From: Podarcis cretensis
Lineage: Eukaryota
DNA: 64,000 nucleotides
NCBI GenBank assembly: GCA_951804945.1
Contig: OX638150.1
Location: 28,830,001 to 28,894,000, forward strand
Direction of reading: 5' to 3'
Shown here: positions 1-12,127 of the stretch, piece after piece
Numbering within the stretch: position 1 is the stretch's first letter
How the letters are laid out: every line of letters starts with the position of its first letter
Notes under the pieces: generated by a model
What the model was told of the DNA's origin: nothing
Database searches by the model: none
Seen by the model: only the letters and a program-made list of their open reading frames with translations
Position numbers and translations under genes: made by a program

Positions 1-1083
1 GCAGTGCCCTTTGCCCATCAAACTTGAATCTGTTACACACACAGGCTCCATTTGTGTACCCCCTCTGCCCTCCACAGGTTTGTATTTGGATGGTGTTAAC
101 AGTTTCCTCCAGTCTGCCCTTCCCCTCCACTTCCCAGGGTTTCCTTCCTCCCAGAGGTTCCTGTTCCATGGAAACCCTGTTCTACAAGGAAGGAAATGGG
201 CACCCAGGAAGGTGAAGAGGGGGGCAAACAGAGGAAGCAAACTATAGGCTGCTGGGAGGCAAAGGAGATATTCATTGACACTGGAAAGCAGCTGTTTTAT
301 GAATCATCAAGAGGAAGACTTGCTCGTCTGCCCCTCAGCATGTCAGCCCTTGGGAGAACTCCCTGCCACGGAACTGAGGCCTAGGCCGCAATTTCTAACA
401 GGACCCCAAAATTGACCGGGCACATATTTTCAAAGCTGAAAGAGTTAAAAGTGGTTTTTGTTTTTTTTTAAGTACTGTATTTCCAAGGGGTGCACATTTT
501 CCTGGGCTCCTCTTACGTTATGCGATTTTGCCATACACCCCCACCCTAATTTATCATATATTGTTAGCCGCTTTGAGTATCTCCATTGAAGTGGGAAAGA
601 AAGTGGGATAGAAGTGTTTCGTTTAAAATAAACTGGTTGTCTCACAATGGGGCGACTGCCAAGCTTTCTCTGAGGCGTGGAGCGTTGCCAGAGTCGGAAG
701 TGGGGCAGTGGCCTAGCAGGACTGAAAAGATCTGCTGATCTCATACGGCATTTCTTCTTCGGTGACATAACTAACAAGATAATAATTAAAGTCAGTTGCT
801 TTAAGATGCCTCCAGATAATCACCATCAAGCTCTAAGAATCTGTCCCCTAAGCTCACTTATAAGTTCAGAAATAATACATTTCTTTCCATTATATAGGAA
901 AGTCACCAAGTTGTAACATGGCTGCAAACGCGCACGCACAAATGCACACTGCTGTATCCAAGGTTGGACTACCTCAGGGTACCTAGAAATATGATCTTAA
1001 GCCATGTCCAGGGCTAATTCTGGGAAGTCCCAAATAAACATTATAAGATTAGCGCTCTTTTCCTGGCCGTCATTGTTTCAGCA

Positions 1084-1540
1084 GGGACCATAGCCCGTTG
1101 GCAGAACACACGATTCAGACGTTCACAGGTTCAATTCTTGGCACCTCTGGTTAAAAGAATCAGGTAGGAGGTGATGGAGAAGACTACTGTGAGACACTGA
1201 GTAGCTGATGCTATGGTCAGAGTAGACAATATTAGGCTAGATCAGGGGTCAGCAAACTTTTTCAGCAGGGGGCCAGTCCACTGTCCCTCAGACCTTGTGG
1301 GGGGCCAGACTATATTTATTTATTTGGGGGGGGGTGAACTAATTCCTATGCCCCACAAATAACCCAGAGATGCATTTTAAATAAAAGCACACATTCTACT
1401 CATGTAAAAACACGCTGATTCCCAGACCGTCTGCAGGCCGGATTGAGAAGGCAATTGGGCCGCATCGGCCCCAGGGCCTTAGTTTGCCTAACCGTGGGCT
1501 AGATAATGGACTAAATAGACTGACATCTTCCTATGTTTCT
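1084..1540 (+). mobile_element. Old tRNA-derived SINE, interrupted by the hAT MITE at 1243-1496
   Basis: Degenerate tRNA head (GGGACCATAGC...GGTTCAATTC) and tail GTCAGAGTAGACAAT...GCTAGAT...CTTCCTATGTT; related reverse fragment at 54367-54452. Confidence 0.55.
1243..1496. mobile_element. Non-autonomous hAT DNA transposon
   Basis: Termini CAGGGGTCAGCAAAC / GTTTGCCTAACCGTG; perfect 8-bp TSD GGCTAGAT at 1235-1242 and 1497-1504. Confidence 0.85.
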
Positions 1541-3236
1541 GACTGTAGGTCCTTGCGTCCCAGATTCCCTTTCTGTGGATTCTAATATTCAGCATCATGC
1601 AACTCTTTGAACTGCCATGTGGGGGTCACTAGAGAGTTCCAATGAGGGATTGCAACACCATGACAGAAGTTGAGTTTATGTTCTTACCCTAACCCTACCC
1701 CCCCCCCCTTTATAAGGTTCACACAGGTTGTGATTGGGCACATGCTTTGCAGTCCAATATGGGGCGCAGGTGGCTTGCTGAGGCGAAACTGAGAAACCAT
1801 CCACTCTTGCCTTTTGACACAGCTCCAGGAAGTTCTCCAGTTACCTTCCGAACAGGTTTGGGACTTGGAGGGTGCTTTCAGGATGAACTTGGAAGGGTTA
1901 CTTTCTTCTCCATCCTGTTTCTTCAGGAGTACACTCTAGCAGTCTCTGTGAACTTCCCTGCTTCCCAGACAGCGGTGTTTATGCAGCTGTGCCAACTGCT
2001 CTGTTACGTAGTGCTTAGAGCCAGGCAGGGACCATAACACAGCATCTTTTTTTCCTTTTCTTTTTTGGGGTCCAAATTCTACAGATTTGACCTTGTTTAG
2101 TTAGGGGCTTGCTTTTCTCCAGAGCTCTTTACAATAAGATTTAACTAGAGTAACCTCCATGAACCTAAAACACAGAAATCTGTTGGTGGAGGGGGAAGAA
2201 AATACTTTGAATTGTAGATTACCTAGGAAAACAGCCCAGGAGATCTGACCCCTTCCCTTTTTAACTTGCTTCACCTCCACTTCCTCCTCAGAGGATGGGA
2301 CTCTTCTTATTGGGTCTTCTGCCATCTCTCCTTATATTTTTTATTTGTAGTGATCTGAGGGGCGCGTGTCTATTCTCACTTTTCACAAGCATGAGTTTTG
2401 TTGAAAATAGACTATTAAAACATGTCTCAATTTTTCAAAGTCTTTATAAAGTTTTTAGGTGTGCATCCTTAAGACTTTTACAAAGCTATGCCTGAAAATA
2501 TTGAGTGAATGCGACTCACTTGTTTGTAAAAGGTGCATTTTTAAAAATAAATTATTTTTTATTTCTAAGTTTCAGAAGTTTACAAATTGATACATGCTTT
2601 TCCATTTCACATTCGACTTCCCCACCGCCCCTCCATGGTTTGCCCCATATTTTCTAACACTGCAGCATATCATGTTGGTTATGATACACTCATGCAAGTT
2701 GAGTGGTACACTCGTGCAAGTTGCCTGCTCTAAACATCCCATAAGATGCACATCACGTCGTATCTTGTGATGGGCTTTCATGAGAAGCTGCTAAGGGAGG
2801 GGCTGAAGAGCAGAATATAAATAGAAGTAATCAGGGAGCTGTGGTTGACTGTTGCTCCCTGTTCAAATACATATTGGGTGACAAACCTGGGTTTGCTTCT
2901 CATGTGTCAAATGCGTGAAACAGTCTTGAATCACGGTGGCCTGTATAAAGGTACCAAGACTTTCCTGTGTAAAGAAACCTTTTTGCCAGGTTGGATGGGG
3001 TTGAAAAAAGGTCTCTGTAAGAAATTCCACCTCCTTCTCCCTCTTTCCCTCACTTCTTTGATCCTCCTCTGTCTCTAGCTTGTCACCCCTCATTTACCAC
3101 AAAACATTTACCACATTTTCCATGTTGGTTGCAATTTATTTTTCAGTCACCAGCTGCTTTCCCAATCTCATTCTCTCTCGCACACAACCATGTTCTCTCC
3201 TCGCTCCTCCCATGCCTCCCCCCTGCTGCTCCCAAC

Positions 3237-3240
<4 letters not shown>

Positions 3241-3286
<46 letters not shown>
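3241..3286. repeat. (TAT)n microsatellite
   Basis: Direct reading. Confidence 0.95.
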
Positions 3287-3309
3287 GCAATCATTGTTGC
3301 CATTATTAT

Positions 3310-3925
3310 TTTGCTATAAATTAGGAAGTGTAATCAATATTTGGAGAAGCCCGGTGAGATTTGTTCTGTTTGCATAAGCTGATGGAGTGGATGTTTCTCT
3401 AATATTTCAGTGTGACAAAGGGCTTTATGGGGCAAATTGATTGATGAGCAAGACAGGCTAAGATTACACCGGGTGATGGCAGCACTTATAGAGGAAGACT
3501 TTTGGAAACCCAGCAATGGGGGGTGGGGGCGTGGAGGAGTTCTTAGCCTGTCTTGCAAAGCTACTTGGGTGCTAATTTGCAACCGTTGGCTTCTCCATTC
3601 CTTATTACGGCACCTGCTAAACTGTTTACAAAGGGAGCTGCCAGATTGCTGGTTTCGCCACAGGCCTTTTCACACTTTTAGGGCCAAAACTTTAGAGATT
3701 GTTTCAATAAAATATAACGTTATCGTGGAAATGAGCCGCTTTCTCTTACACTGTTGTTCCTCTACCCCCACCCTCAGATGAACAGCCGTTAGTGTGTGTG
3801 TGTGTGTGCATGCTTATGTGCAATTTTGAATGTAATCTTCCCACCGTTTTATTTGCAGCAATATATCTCTGGATTAGATCACTGGTCTTAACAGTAAATT
3901 GAGCTAGTGGCACCTTCATTTAGTT
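3310..3925. promoter_or_regulatory. Candidate conserved enhancer in intron 1
   Basis: TTTATGG at 3424, PBX-HOX TGATTGAT at 3438-3445, forkhead TGTTTAC at about 3623; no recognisable TE. Confidence 0.4.
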
Positions 3926-4130
3926 CTTCCTTCTCCTCTTCCTCCTTCTTCTCCTCCCCCCGTCTCTCTCACACACATACACACGCAGGACTTATGTGAT
4001 GTGGGTGTGGGGGGGGGCCAGGACTTTTGAGCATCTATAATAGAAATAGAAACCTGACTCGCGTCTTCATGAGTCAGCACAATATAGCATTAGGTTTTGA
4101 CTTGGGAAAAGTTGCATTCAAATGTGTATA

Positions 4131-4535
4131 CAGTGGTACCTTAGGTTAAGTTAATTCTTAATTCTTTCCGGAAGTCCATTCTTAACCTGAAGCACCATTT
4201 TAGCTAATGGGGCCTACTGCTGCCGCCGCACCACCAGAGCACAATTTCTGTTCTCATCCTGAAGCAAAGTTCTTAACCTGGTGGAATGCTCTGTCACAAG
4301 AGACTAGGGCCCTGCAGGACTTGACATCTTTCCGCAGGGCCTGCAAGACAGAGCTGTTCCGCCAGGCCTTTGGTCAGGGCGCAGCCTGACTCCCTCCTTT
4401 GGCAATCTTTACAAAACTTTAGTTTATGGTTGCCATCAATTTTGAGTTTAATTAATTTTTATAATGTTGCACTACTTCAGTGTTGTTAGCCGCCCTGAGC
4501 CCGGTTTCGGCTGGGGAGGGCGGGATATAAATAAA

Positions 4536-4581
<46 letters not shown>

Positions 4582-4666
4582 TCTGGGTTAGCGGAGTCTG
4601 TAACCTGAAGCGTATGTAACCTGAAGCGTATGTAACCTGAAACATATGTAACCCGAGGTACCACTG
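4131..4666. mobile_element. Tc1/mariner (Tigger-like) MITE carrying a nested L2 fragment
   Basis: TA|CAGTGGTACC ... GGTACCACTG|TA; internal TAACCTGAAGC repeats; same family as 18917 and 52561. Confidence 0.9.
4281..4580 (+). mobile_element. L2-type LINE 3' end nested in the MITE
   Basis: Encodes WWNALSQETRALQDLTSFRRACKTELFRQAF, then a TGTTAGCCGCCCTGAG tail and (ATT)n. Confidence 0.8.
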
Positions 4667-7600
4667 TACAAACCTTAAAAACACACACACACACACACAC
4701 ATCTTGAGGATAGCTCACTGCTCTGAGTGAAGTGAAACCAGTTGCATCCCTAAATCTAAGCAAGATTTAGCCAACATTGAGCCCTCCCAGCCAGCGTTGT
4801 TGGCCTCCTAACTCCCATTATCCCTAGCAGCTTGACCAATGGGAGACGGTATAATAAAGGAGGATGGAGAATTTGATGGGGTCTTCCTCCTCGTACAGAA
4901 TCTAAATACCTGTTTCCCAACCAGTTGGATGAACTTCTGTGCTGTCTTGAGTTGGCTCTGTTCACCTGGCACAGAAATTATATAGTGCAGAGTGCACTAT
5001 GACTGATTGCACATTTCCTCGTTTTATTTTTTTGAAAATGGCTTTGATTGTGCACTTTCCTTGCAAAGCTGCATGCGGTTGCATCAGAGAGAGAGGCGAC
5101 TCAAGAGGCTGCAGTGTCGCAGTTCATTTCTTTGCCCGGACCATTAAAATTAGGGTGAGTTGTGGGGGGGGGGGAAGAGAGAGAGAATCACCACTGTGAC
5201 CTTGCACAGCTCCCATTCACTTCAGTGGGGTGTGCGCAGGAGAACTTTCCCATGGATTTTATCCCAGTTTATTATCAAGCAGCTTCATTACACTTTTTTT
5301 ATTCCTCAAAATGCTCTGCAATTCCTTTCTCGCTCTGACTACTTAATGTGCTGCGATTGTAACAGGTACATGTTATAGCCTTACACTGTGTACCTGCTAA
5401 AGCCACAATATTTGGAGCACATGAATGTTTTTTTTCCCTTTTTTTAATAAAAAAAAAACATGCATGCCACAAAACAGGAGCTAGAGCCTCTGAGGATGCT
5501 TGGGCAATGTATGCCAAATTTGAGAAAGACGTTTTACATTTCAGACATTTCCATTTTAGCAGAAGTTCTTTCCTGTTGAAACGGCCCCTAACTGTAAGGT
5601 AACCAAGCAAGACAGTGACTTGCCCAAGACTGCGCAAAATTGCTAGAATTTGAACCAGGCTCTCTCCCAGCCACTGTGCTGGCCCTCTGTAAAAATGACC
5701 CAAATTCTTGCAAACTCAGTTGAATTTTTAAGCAAGCTGGCCTTGCCTTCTCCCGCCATCACCAGCTAAAATGGTTGTTATGTTATCTGCCGTAGCTCAG
5801 CTCGTTCTGAGCGAAGCCAAGAGACGTCAGGCGCTGGAATTGCAGAAGTTTTGAAAGAACGCCTGTGTTGCATGCATCAAACCTTTACCCAAATAGCAAC
5901 CTCCCATGTGAGCCAGCTAAGCATCTTGCTGCTGGCTTAAGACTTGCATCCATGATGAAATGCTATGGAAAGCTGAAAGAGCCCTGCGTGCAGTTGCTGT
6001 CCTGCCCCAGCCTCCTGTATGAGCTTGCACAATGTTCTCTCCCCATCCCAAGTTTGCCACCTCTTCCCCACTCTTTGCTGCCCATCCATTCCCCATCCCA
6101 CAACAGAATTACTCATCCAGGGAACATTGTGTTTGCGAGGGAGGAACCTGCTCTAGGGATTGCTGCACTAGCCAGGAGTCGAGACTTTCCTGGCTGCCTG
6201 GATGTCCACAGAGATGCAGGGGAAGCCATAGCGGCAGTTGGAGTGGAGGCTTCCATACATTGAGGTTCCTGCTAGCGCCTGTTTTTGGTTCCAGTGTGCT
6301 GTGAGTGAGGACAGATGGTTAGACGTCATACCTATTGCTTAATGAAATGGGAAGTTGCTGGTGAGATGGGGCGGTAGACGAGCTTGCATTCCCGTGTAGC
6401 CTGGGGGAGGCAGATCTTTGGTGCATCTGGGACTCCAAAGACGAGGTAGAGAGGGGTATAGGACCTGGTTTAGCTCGATAGCCTTTGAAAGAGGCTGCTT
6501 CATTGCTTGGCTTGCCAGCCTTTGTTGCCAACCTGGGCTTGTCAACCTGGCAGAGCTGCTGTCAGCACCTGAGTAATAGGCAGAAAACCAGGAGCAGGGT
6601 TTTTCCTTTTCTTCCACCCAACACTGTGCTTCCCTGCAGGGAAAAGGTCCAGGTGCTGGATTTTCAGCCTCTCTTGTGTCTAGTAGAGGCACAATAACTC
6701 CCACCTTCGCCCCACCCTCCCAAAAGCTGGCAACACTGTTTGGTGCTCCTGCTGCTTGAGGGTAGATAGATTTTTTGGTACTCGTCAAAGCACATTGATT
6801 TCCTCGCTGGGGAAAATGTGTGGGCATCCGGATAGAGAGAGCCAGCGCCCCAAACCTCATGCCCCACGATTCTCCGTAATTGCAGGCTTCCACATCCGAC
6901 CGACTCAGGAATAGAACGGAGTGCTCTTCTTGCCCAGGACTGAAATAAGAGAATAGTATTTGCTTTGGGGCAAATGCCATCTAAGCAATTGATCCTCAAC
7001 CTGCAAAGATGCGTAGCAGGTGACTTTCCACAGCACCATTTCATCTCTGTGACACCTGCTAAATTCCAAATCGCTAGCTGTTTAAAAGCACAGGAGCCCT
7101 GCCGGAGAAAATTGTGGCAACCGTAACTCCTATCTTTGCAGAAGTGGTGCTGACTCCTACAGGGAAGGAGGATTCCAGACCAGTGTGCATGTATTCTGAG
7201 TACCCATGAGCTCTATTGTGCTAATGTGGACCCTTATATTTGACATCCTAAGAAACTTGCAGTGGAATCCTATGTATGAGCACCTGAGAACAAGGTTCTC
7301 TGTATTCAGTGTGTTCTGTGTGGCTTACAAATTGCAATCACACCTATATTTTCTTATAACCAACTCTGCAAGTCTTGTAATTGCTGAGGATTGCTAGTGG
7401 GTCATGTCTGATGTAAATTGCAGAAACCAAAGGAACTGCTTGACTTGGATTCCAGCAAGCAAGTCATAAGGCTTTAACGCTTCGACACAGCACTCTGTCC
7501 CTTTTCCAGAAAGTTACTGTTCATAATTTTCCTGATCCTGCTGATCACCTGTTGCCAGTCCCCTCCACCACCTTTCTTCTTTTTTTCACCCTGGTTTTTG

Positions 7601-10384
7601 TTGCAACACAAATTACCAGGTTCTTTGAAAAGGTGAACCTTGGAAGCAGAAACAGCCATCCAATTAAGTTAGCATATTCAGATTGACACCTCAGATTGCG
7701 GAATTTGTCTGTCCTTACTGTAGAACTTTGAATGAAGCCCAAATGGTATCTAAAAGGACCAGGGGACATCAAAGGGGAGAAAAGAGAAAGCCATGGTATT
7801 TAAAGGGGGGGGCAGACCACAATGCTTACACACATACGCACACACACGCACACCAGTTCTGCTCTGTTTTAAAAGACTGGAAACCCCTGATGTTACAGAA
7901 GGAGCTGCTGGGTCTGGCTCAGCATGCCGCACTTTTGAGCTTAAGGCAGACTTTGCATCCCTTGATGTGGTCAGGAGGAATTTTGAAATGTACACATCGC
8001 AGTTCCACACCAACCTGTGGACAGCCTGAAAAGACCCAGTGAGAGCTTATATCCAATTACAGTTAATAACCTGTAATTCAGGCCAGTTTGAGGCTATTTT
8101 TCTCCTATGTTTGCCACTGCCGGCTATTAAGGCTGGGCGTTGATTATGGGCCTCATTCAGACGCCCTCTCTGATGAGATGCGCAGGCTGGGGAGGTGGGG
8201 ACCAGGGGTTTCAGAGCAGAGAAAAGCCCCAAGCGGGAGAAGGAACGCAGATACAATTGGGCAGTGCATGTGTTTATATTGCATTCAGGTGCCGTCTCGC
8301 TCCGTCATGTGTACACCCAGAGGTTCTAGTGGGAACTGTCTGAATTGGGAGGGCAGGACGGTGCCCAGGGAATCTTTATGGTTGGTTGGCTTTAGAAGAG
8401 AGGCGATTTTTCACATGCCCTTGAACGCAGAGGGCTGGCTGCGTTATCTAGAACCGGGCACAGCGCAGCTGGCTGTGCATCTGTCACAGAGAGCCTGGGC
8501 ATCCTGGCAACGAGCTATGCATAATGTAATTTTTTTTTTTTTAAGATGGGTTGCTAACAAGAAGGCCAGAGCTGTGGCTCTGTGCTCTCACTGCTGTACA
8601 TGGCTGTTTGGGACAGGAGCTCCCAAATACTTTGCTGTACAGTAGAAAGTCAACCAATCTATTTTTATCTTTCTTTGGGATCTGCCTATTAGTTCCAGCT
8701 GGTAGCCTGGAAGTGATCCACCTTGTGCCCTATTGTCACTAGCACTGACAAGTGTGTTACTAGTCTGAACCTGGCAACTTTCCACAAAGCCCTTAGCAAT
8801 CTACCTCTAGAGCATTTTGGGATTATTTTGTCTGCATATATAGAATTCAGAGATGAGGGTTCAGATGTCTCAGCATTACCACTTACTTGATCATGTGGGC
8901 AGTTTAACTGTCTTTCTTTGGCACCTGCTATGACCCTTCCAATGTTTCATTATTATTATTTTAAACAGTTTTGTTGTTATTTAGGTGAGCGTTTTGCTTT
9001 TTGGGTTTTTTTGACTGTATTCTATTTGTTTGCGGGTATGTATGTATTAAGTGTCCTGCCTATTTCAAGGCAGTTATAATTATTTTCAGATCTTCTTCTG
9101 TGAAATGGGTATTTCATGGTCCCTGCAACCGTTTATTGATTTCCAAAAGTGCTCCTAGACCCTAAAAGTTTGGGAACTCCCTACTGTAAGGACTTACCAA
9201 AGGAGCAGTTAGGTTGTGTGTTATTGTAATTTAATACTCTGGCCCCAGCAAACTGGAGTAACCACCCCAAACTGTTAAAAGTCAAGACATCAGGTCCTTA
9301 AAATTACAAGTGACTAAAAACTGTCAGATTTTTAAAAGGTGACTATTACTTATTTCCCTTTTTTATTTGAATTTTAATCATTTGGGGCACATGCAGCAGT
9401 TCTCATTTTTAGACAGTTATATGTAAGAGTTAAAATATTCTTTAAAAAAAAAGTGGAAGTTTAAGTTCTCAGATTTCCTCAGTGAGTTCTCCTCATCTCA
9501 AGAAAACTGCCTTATGGGTAAGACTAACAACCAGACAAAATTTTACTAGCTGAACTCCCATGTTCTTGTCAGATGTATACATAATGGCTTAGACTTTTTC
9601 TATGATTCAGGCAATATTTTTTTTCATGTGTGTGTGTTTCCTATAGCTTCGCATAATGTCTATACAGATTCCACATATGCTCAGCGATGCTGACTCCTTC
9701 AGGTTGTTTTAAAGCGTACACCAACCCACCCACCCCAGGAAGCTGGTTGCGTTCACAAAGAAAAATGAAATATATTTTAAATAAGCTCAGAGCCACTCAA
9801 CCCGAAGGGCCATAATTTTTGAAAACAAAAGGCAACAACTGTACGTACAGACCACGTGATATTACTGTGTGGAAAATGGTATTTGGGCTGTGCAGCACAT
9901 TGGATATCGTGCTGGCTTCTGGGTTTGTGTGGTGGTGCTGGTAGTTGTTGTTTTCACACTTTCCCCCAGATCCTTCTTGATTCAAGGATGGGCGCAAACC
10001 AGGCCTTTCCCATTCCCAGAATTTTCGCAAATCCAAAGAATTGAGCAACGGAAGCCCTGGAGCCAAGTTTTTGCCTCCCTCGCCCTCACTGGCACAAACC
10101 CTTAACAGCTAGTCCCTGACTCATGCATGTTGTGGTTTGCCTTCGCGGCCAAGGAGCTTGTTTCAAGAGAAACAAGCTCCTGATTGGGCTGAGCATAGGA
10201 ATGGGCCTAGCAGTCCCCGGGCTGCCTTGCCTCTGCTACTGACTCATTAAAGTTCCCTTGGGCAAGGTCCCCTCCCTTGTTCCAGGCCTTCCCTCCCTTT
10301 GCTTCTCCAAAGAGATGAAGAGGAAATGAATTTCTACGTGCAAAAAGCTGAGAAACTCCACACGGAATGCACTTACTGCAGTTG

Positions 10385-10736
10385 CAGACCCTCCAAGGGT
10401 CCCTATTTTCCAGGGGTAGTCCCAGATTCACAGAAGCCATCCCGGTTTCTAATTTGATCCCGGAATGTCCCGCTTCTCCTTAGGATGTCCCCATTTTCAT
10501 TGGAGAAATGTTGGAGGGTATGGAGCTATTCGACCCCCCCCCCCAAAGCCATCGGAAGGCAGCCCTGTGTAGGGAAGTTTTTTTAATGTTTAATGTTTGA
10601 TTATGTTTTCATATCTATCGAAAGCTGCCCAGAGTGGCTGGGGCAACCCAGTCAGATGGGCAGGGTATAAATAGCAGAATTATTATTATTAAATAGGACG
10701 TCCCTGTTTTCATTGGAGAAATGTTGGGAGGGTATG
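10385..10736. mobile_element. Composite DNA-transposon-like element (probably hAT-related) with a duplicated right end
   Basis: Termini CAGACCCTCC / GGAGGGTATG; 6-bp direct repeat CAGTTG on both flanks; about 42-bp right end at both 10481-10522 and 10694-10736. Confidence 0.7.
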
Positions 10737-11109
10737 CAGTTGGTGGTTTGGTAGCCAGTGGAGGTGGGTCAGTTTCCCATCAGCCACATTGTTGGGTTTT
10801 TAATTTTTTTAAAAAAAAAGGTTAGCAAGGTTATGTCTTCCTGCTTCACAGTGCCTTACACATATTGAGGGCAGTGGGTTGAGAACCCTTGAATGCACCA
10901 AAGGCGAATTTATGATACTTATCTGGTTGTGCATGACATGCCCTCTCTGCATTTCTGGGTTGGTGCTTCTTCAGTGCTCAGCATTACATTTCTGTTGTTT
11001 CGCACCATGCATTTGAATGCAGCCTCCCTCTCCTCCTTACATTCTGCACGCTGGTGTGATTATGGTTGACTGTGCTGGCTTTGCATTCATGGGCATGCTT
11101 TTGGGTAGG

Positions 11110-11581
11110 TAGCGTTTGTTTGCTGTGAAGATTACACAGCAGGAAATATGTGTGTTTGCATCACTTCTTCGAGACAGGAAATGTGCACTGAATAATTTGT
11201 GAAGCACTTAATTTGAGCTGGGTTATATAAAGGCTTGGCCCCGTAATCAAATTTCCACGTCGGGGCTTAGAATTAAATTGTAAGATAATTGTGTAACTGA
11301 ACATGTGCAGAGTGCCTGTGAGAGATAAAGGAAATTAGCACGTGTCTGGGGTTAATGGAAAATACTCAGAGCGTATAACTTCCTGTCAGAATTGAAGCTC
11401 AGCACCTCCTGTCTGGGAAGTATTACATTTGTGTAGCTGTGAGGAGAGGTTGGTATTAGCGTTCTTCCTCTGAGTTTGGATCCACTAGGCATGAATCTGC
11501 TTCTCGAAGTTCTGTGTGACTTCTTTTTTTAAAGCTGGAATGTCTCTGGCTTCAGCTCTTGGTGTGCGCTAAGATGGCGGC
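11110..11581. promoter_or_regulatory. Candidate conserved enhancer in intron 1 with a YY1 site
   Basis: TAAT, GATA and ETS (CAGGAAAT, ACTTCCTG) clusters; YY1 consensus AAGATGGCGGC at 11571-11581. Confidence 0.4.
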
Positions 11582-11988
11582 TGTTCTGTTTGCAATGGAG
11601 CCCAGAGCTGGAGGTTATTTTCAAGGCAGTCCTAGCTGCTGAACCTTTTCCCAGCAGAGCTGGTTTGGGCCAGGCCTCTCCCACAGAACTTGGCCTTCTT
11701 TTCCAGCCACTGAAACCTGACTGGGAGCTGCACAGATGTTTGTCTGAGTATTTCCCGCACAGCCCCCAGAGGCTGGGGCTGGGTGAGGCCCTCCCCAGCG
11801 CAGCTCTTCTGGGGAAGTCAAGCTTGAGCCCAGTGACCTGTGTCCTGGGCTCAGCTACAACTTTCCAACCACCAGAATAGCCTGTTCCCTTTTCTGTAAT
11901 GGCTCCTGAACCTGAAACAGGAGTGGGGAAAACCTCTGCTCAGCTGCTTGACTTCACTCACTTGAGTTCATCATGAAACACACACAAG

Positions 11989-12127
11989 ATAGCTTAGTTG
12001 GTTAGAGCGTGGTGCTGATAATGGCAAGGTTGCAGGGTCAATCCCTGAATGGGACAGCTGCATATTCCTGCTTTGAAGGGGGTTGGACTAGATGATCCAT
12101 GGGGTCCCTTCCAACTATGATTCTATG
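11989..12127 (+). mobile_element. Short SINE with a tRNA-Ile-derived head and a CR1-like 3' tail
   Basis: TAGCTTAGTTGGTTAGAGCGTGGTGCTGATAATGGCAAGGTTGCAGGGTCAATCCC, then GGGTTGGACTAGATGATC...GGTCCCTTCCAAC...GATTCTATG. Confidence 0.8.

Noticed and set aside
4596-4660. CRISPR-like repeats (TGTAACCTGAAGCGTA units)
   Set aside because: These are subterminal tandem repeats of a mariner MITE, with no unique spacers, in a eukaryotic context.
6339-6980. 213-aa minus-strand ORF
   Set aside because: No recognisable domain or splice structure; probably a chance ORF.
10162-10170. Synthetic shRNA cassette (TTCAAGAGA loop)
   Set aside because: Stem of only 13 bp, with no Pol III promoter, T-run terminator or vector sequence.
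11989-12065. tRNA-Ile gene
   Set aside because: Acceptor stem missing, B box degenerate, and it continues into a CR1-like tail, so it is a SINE.
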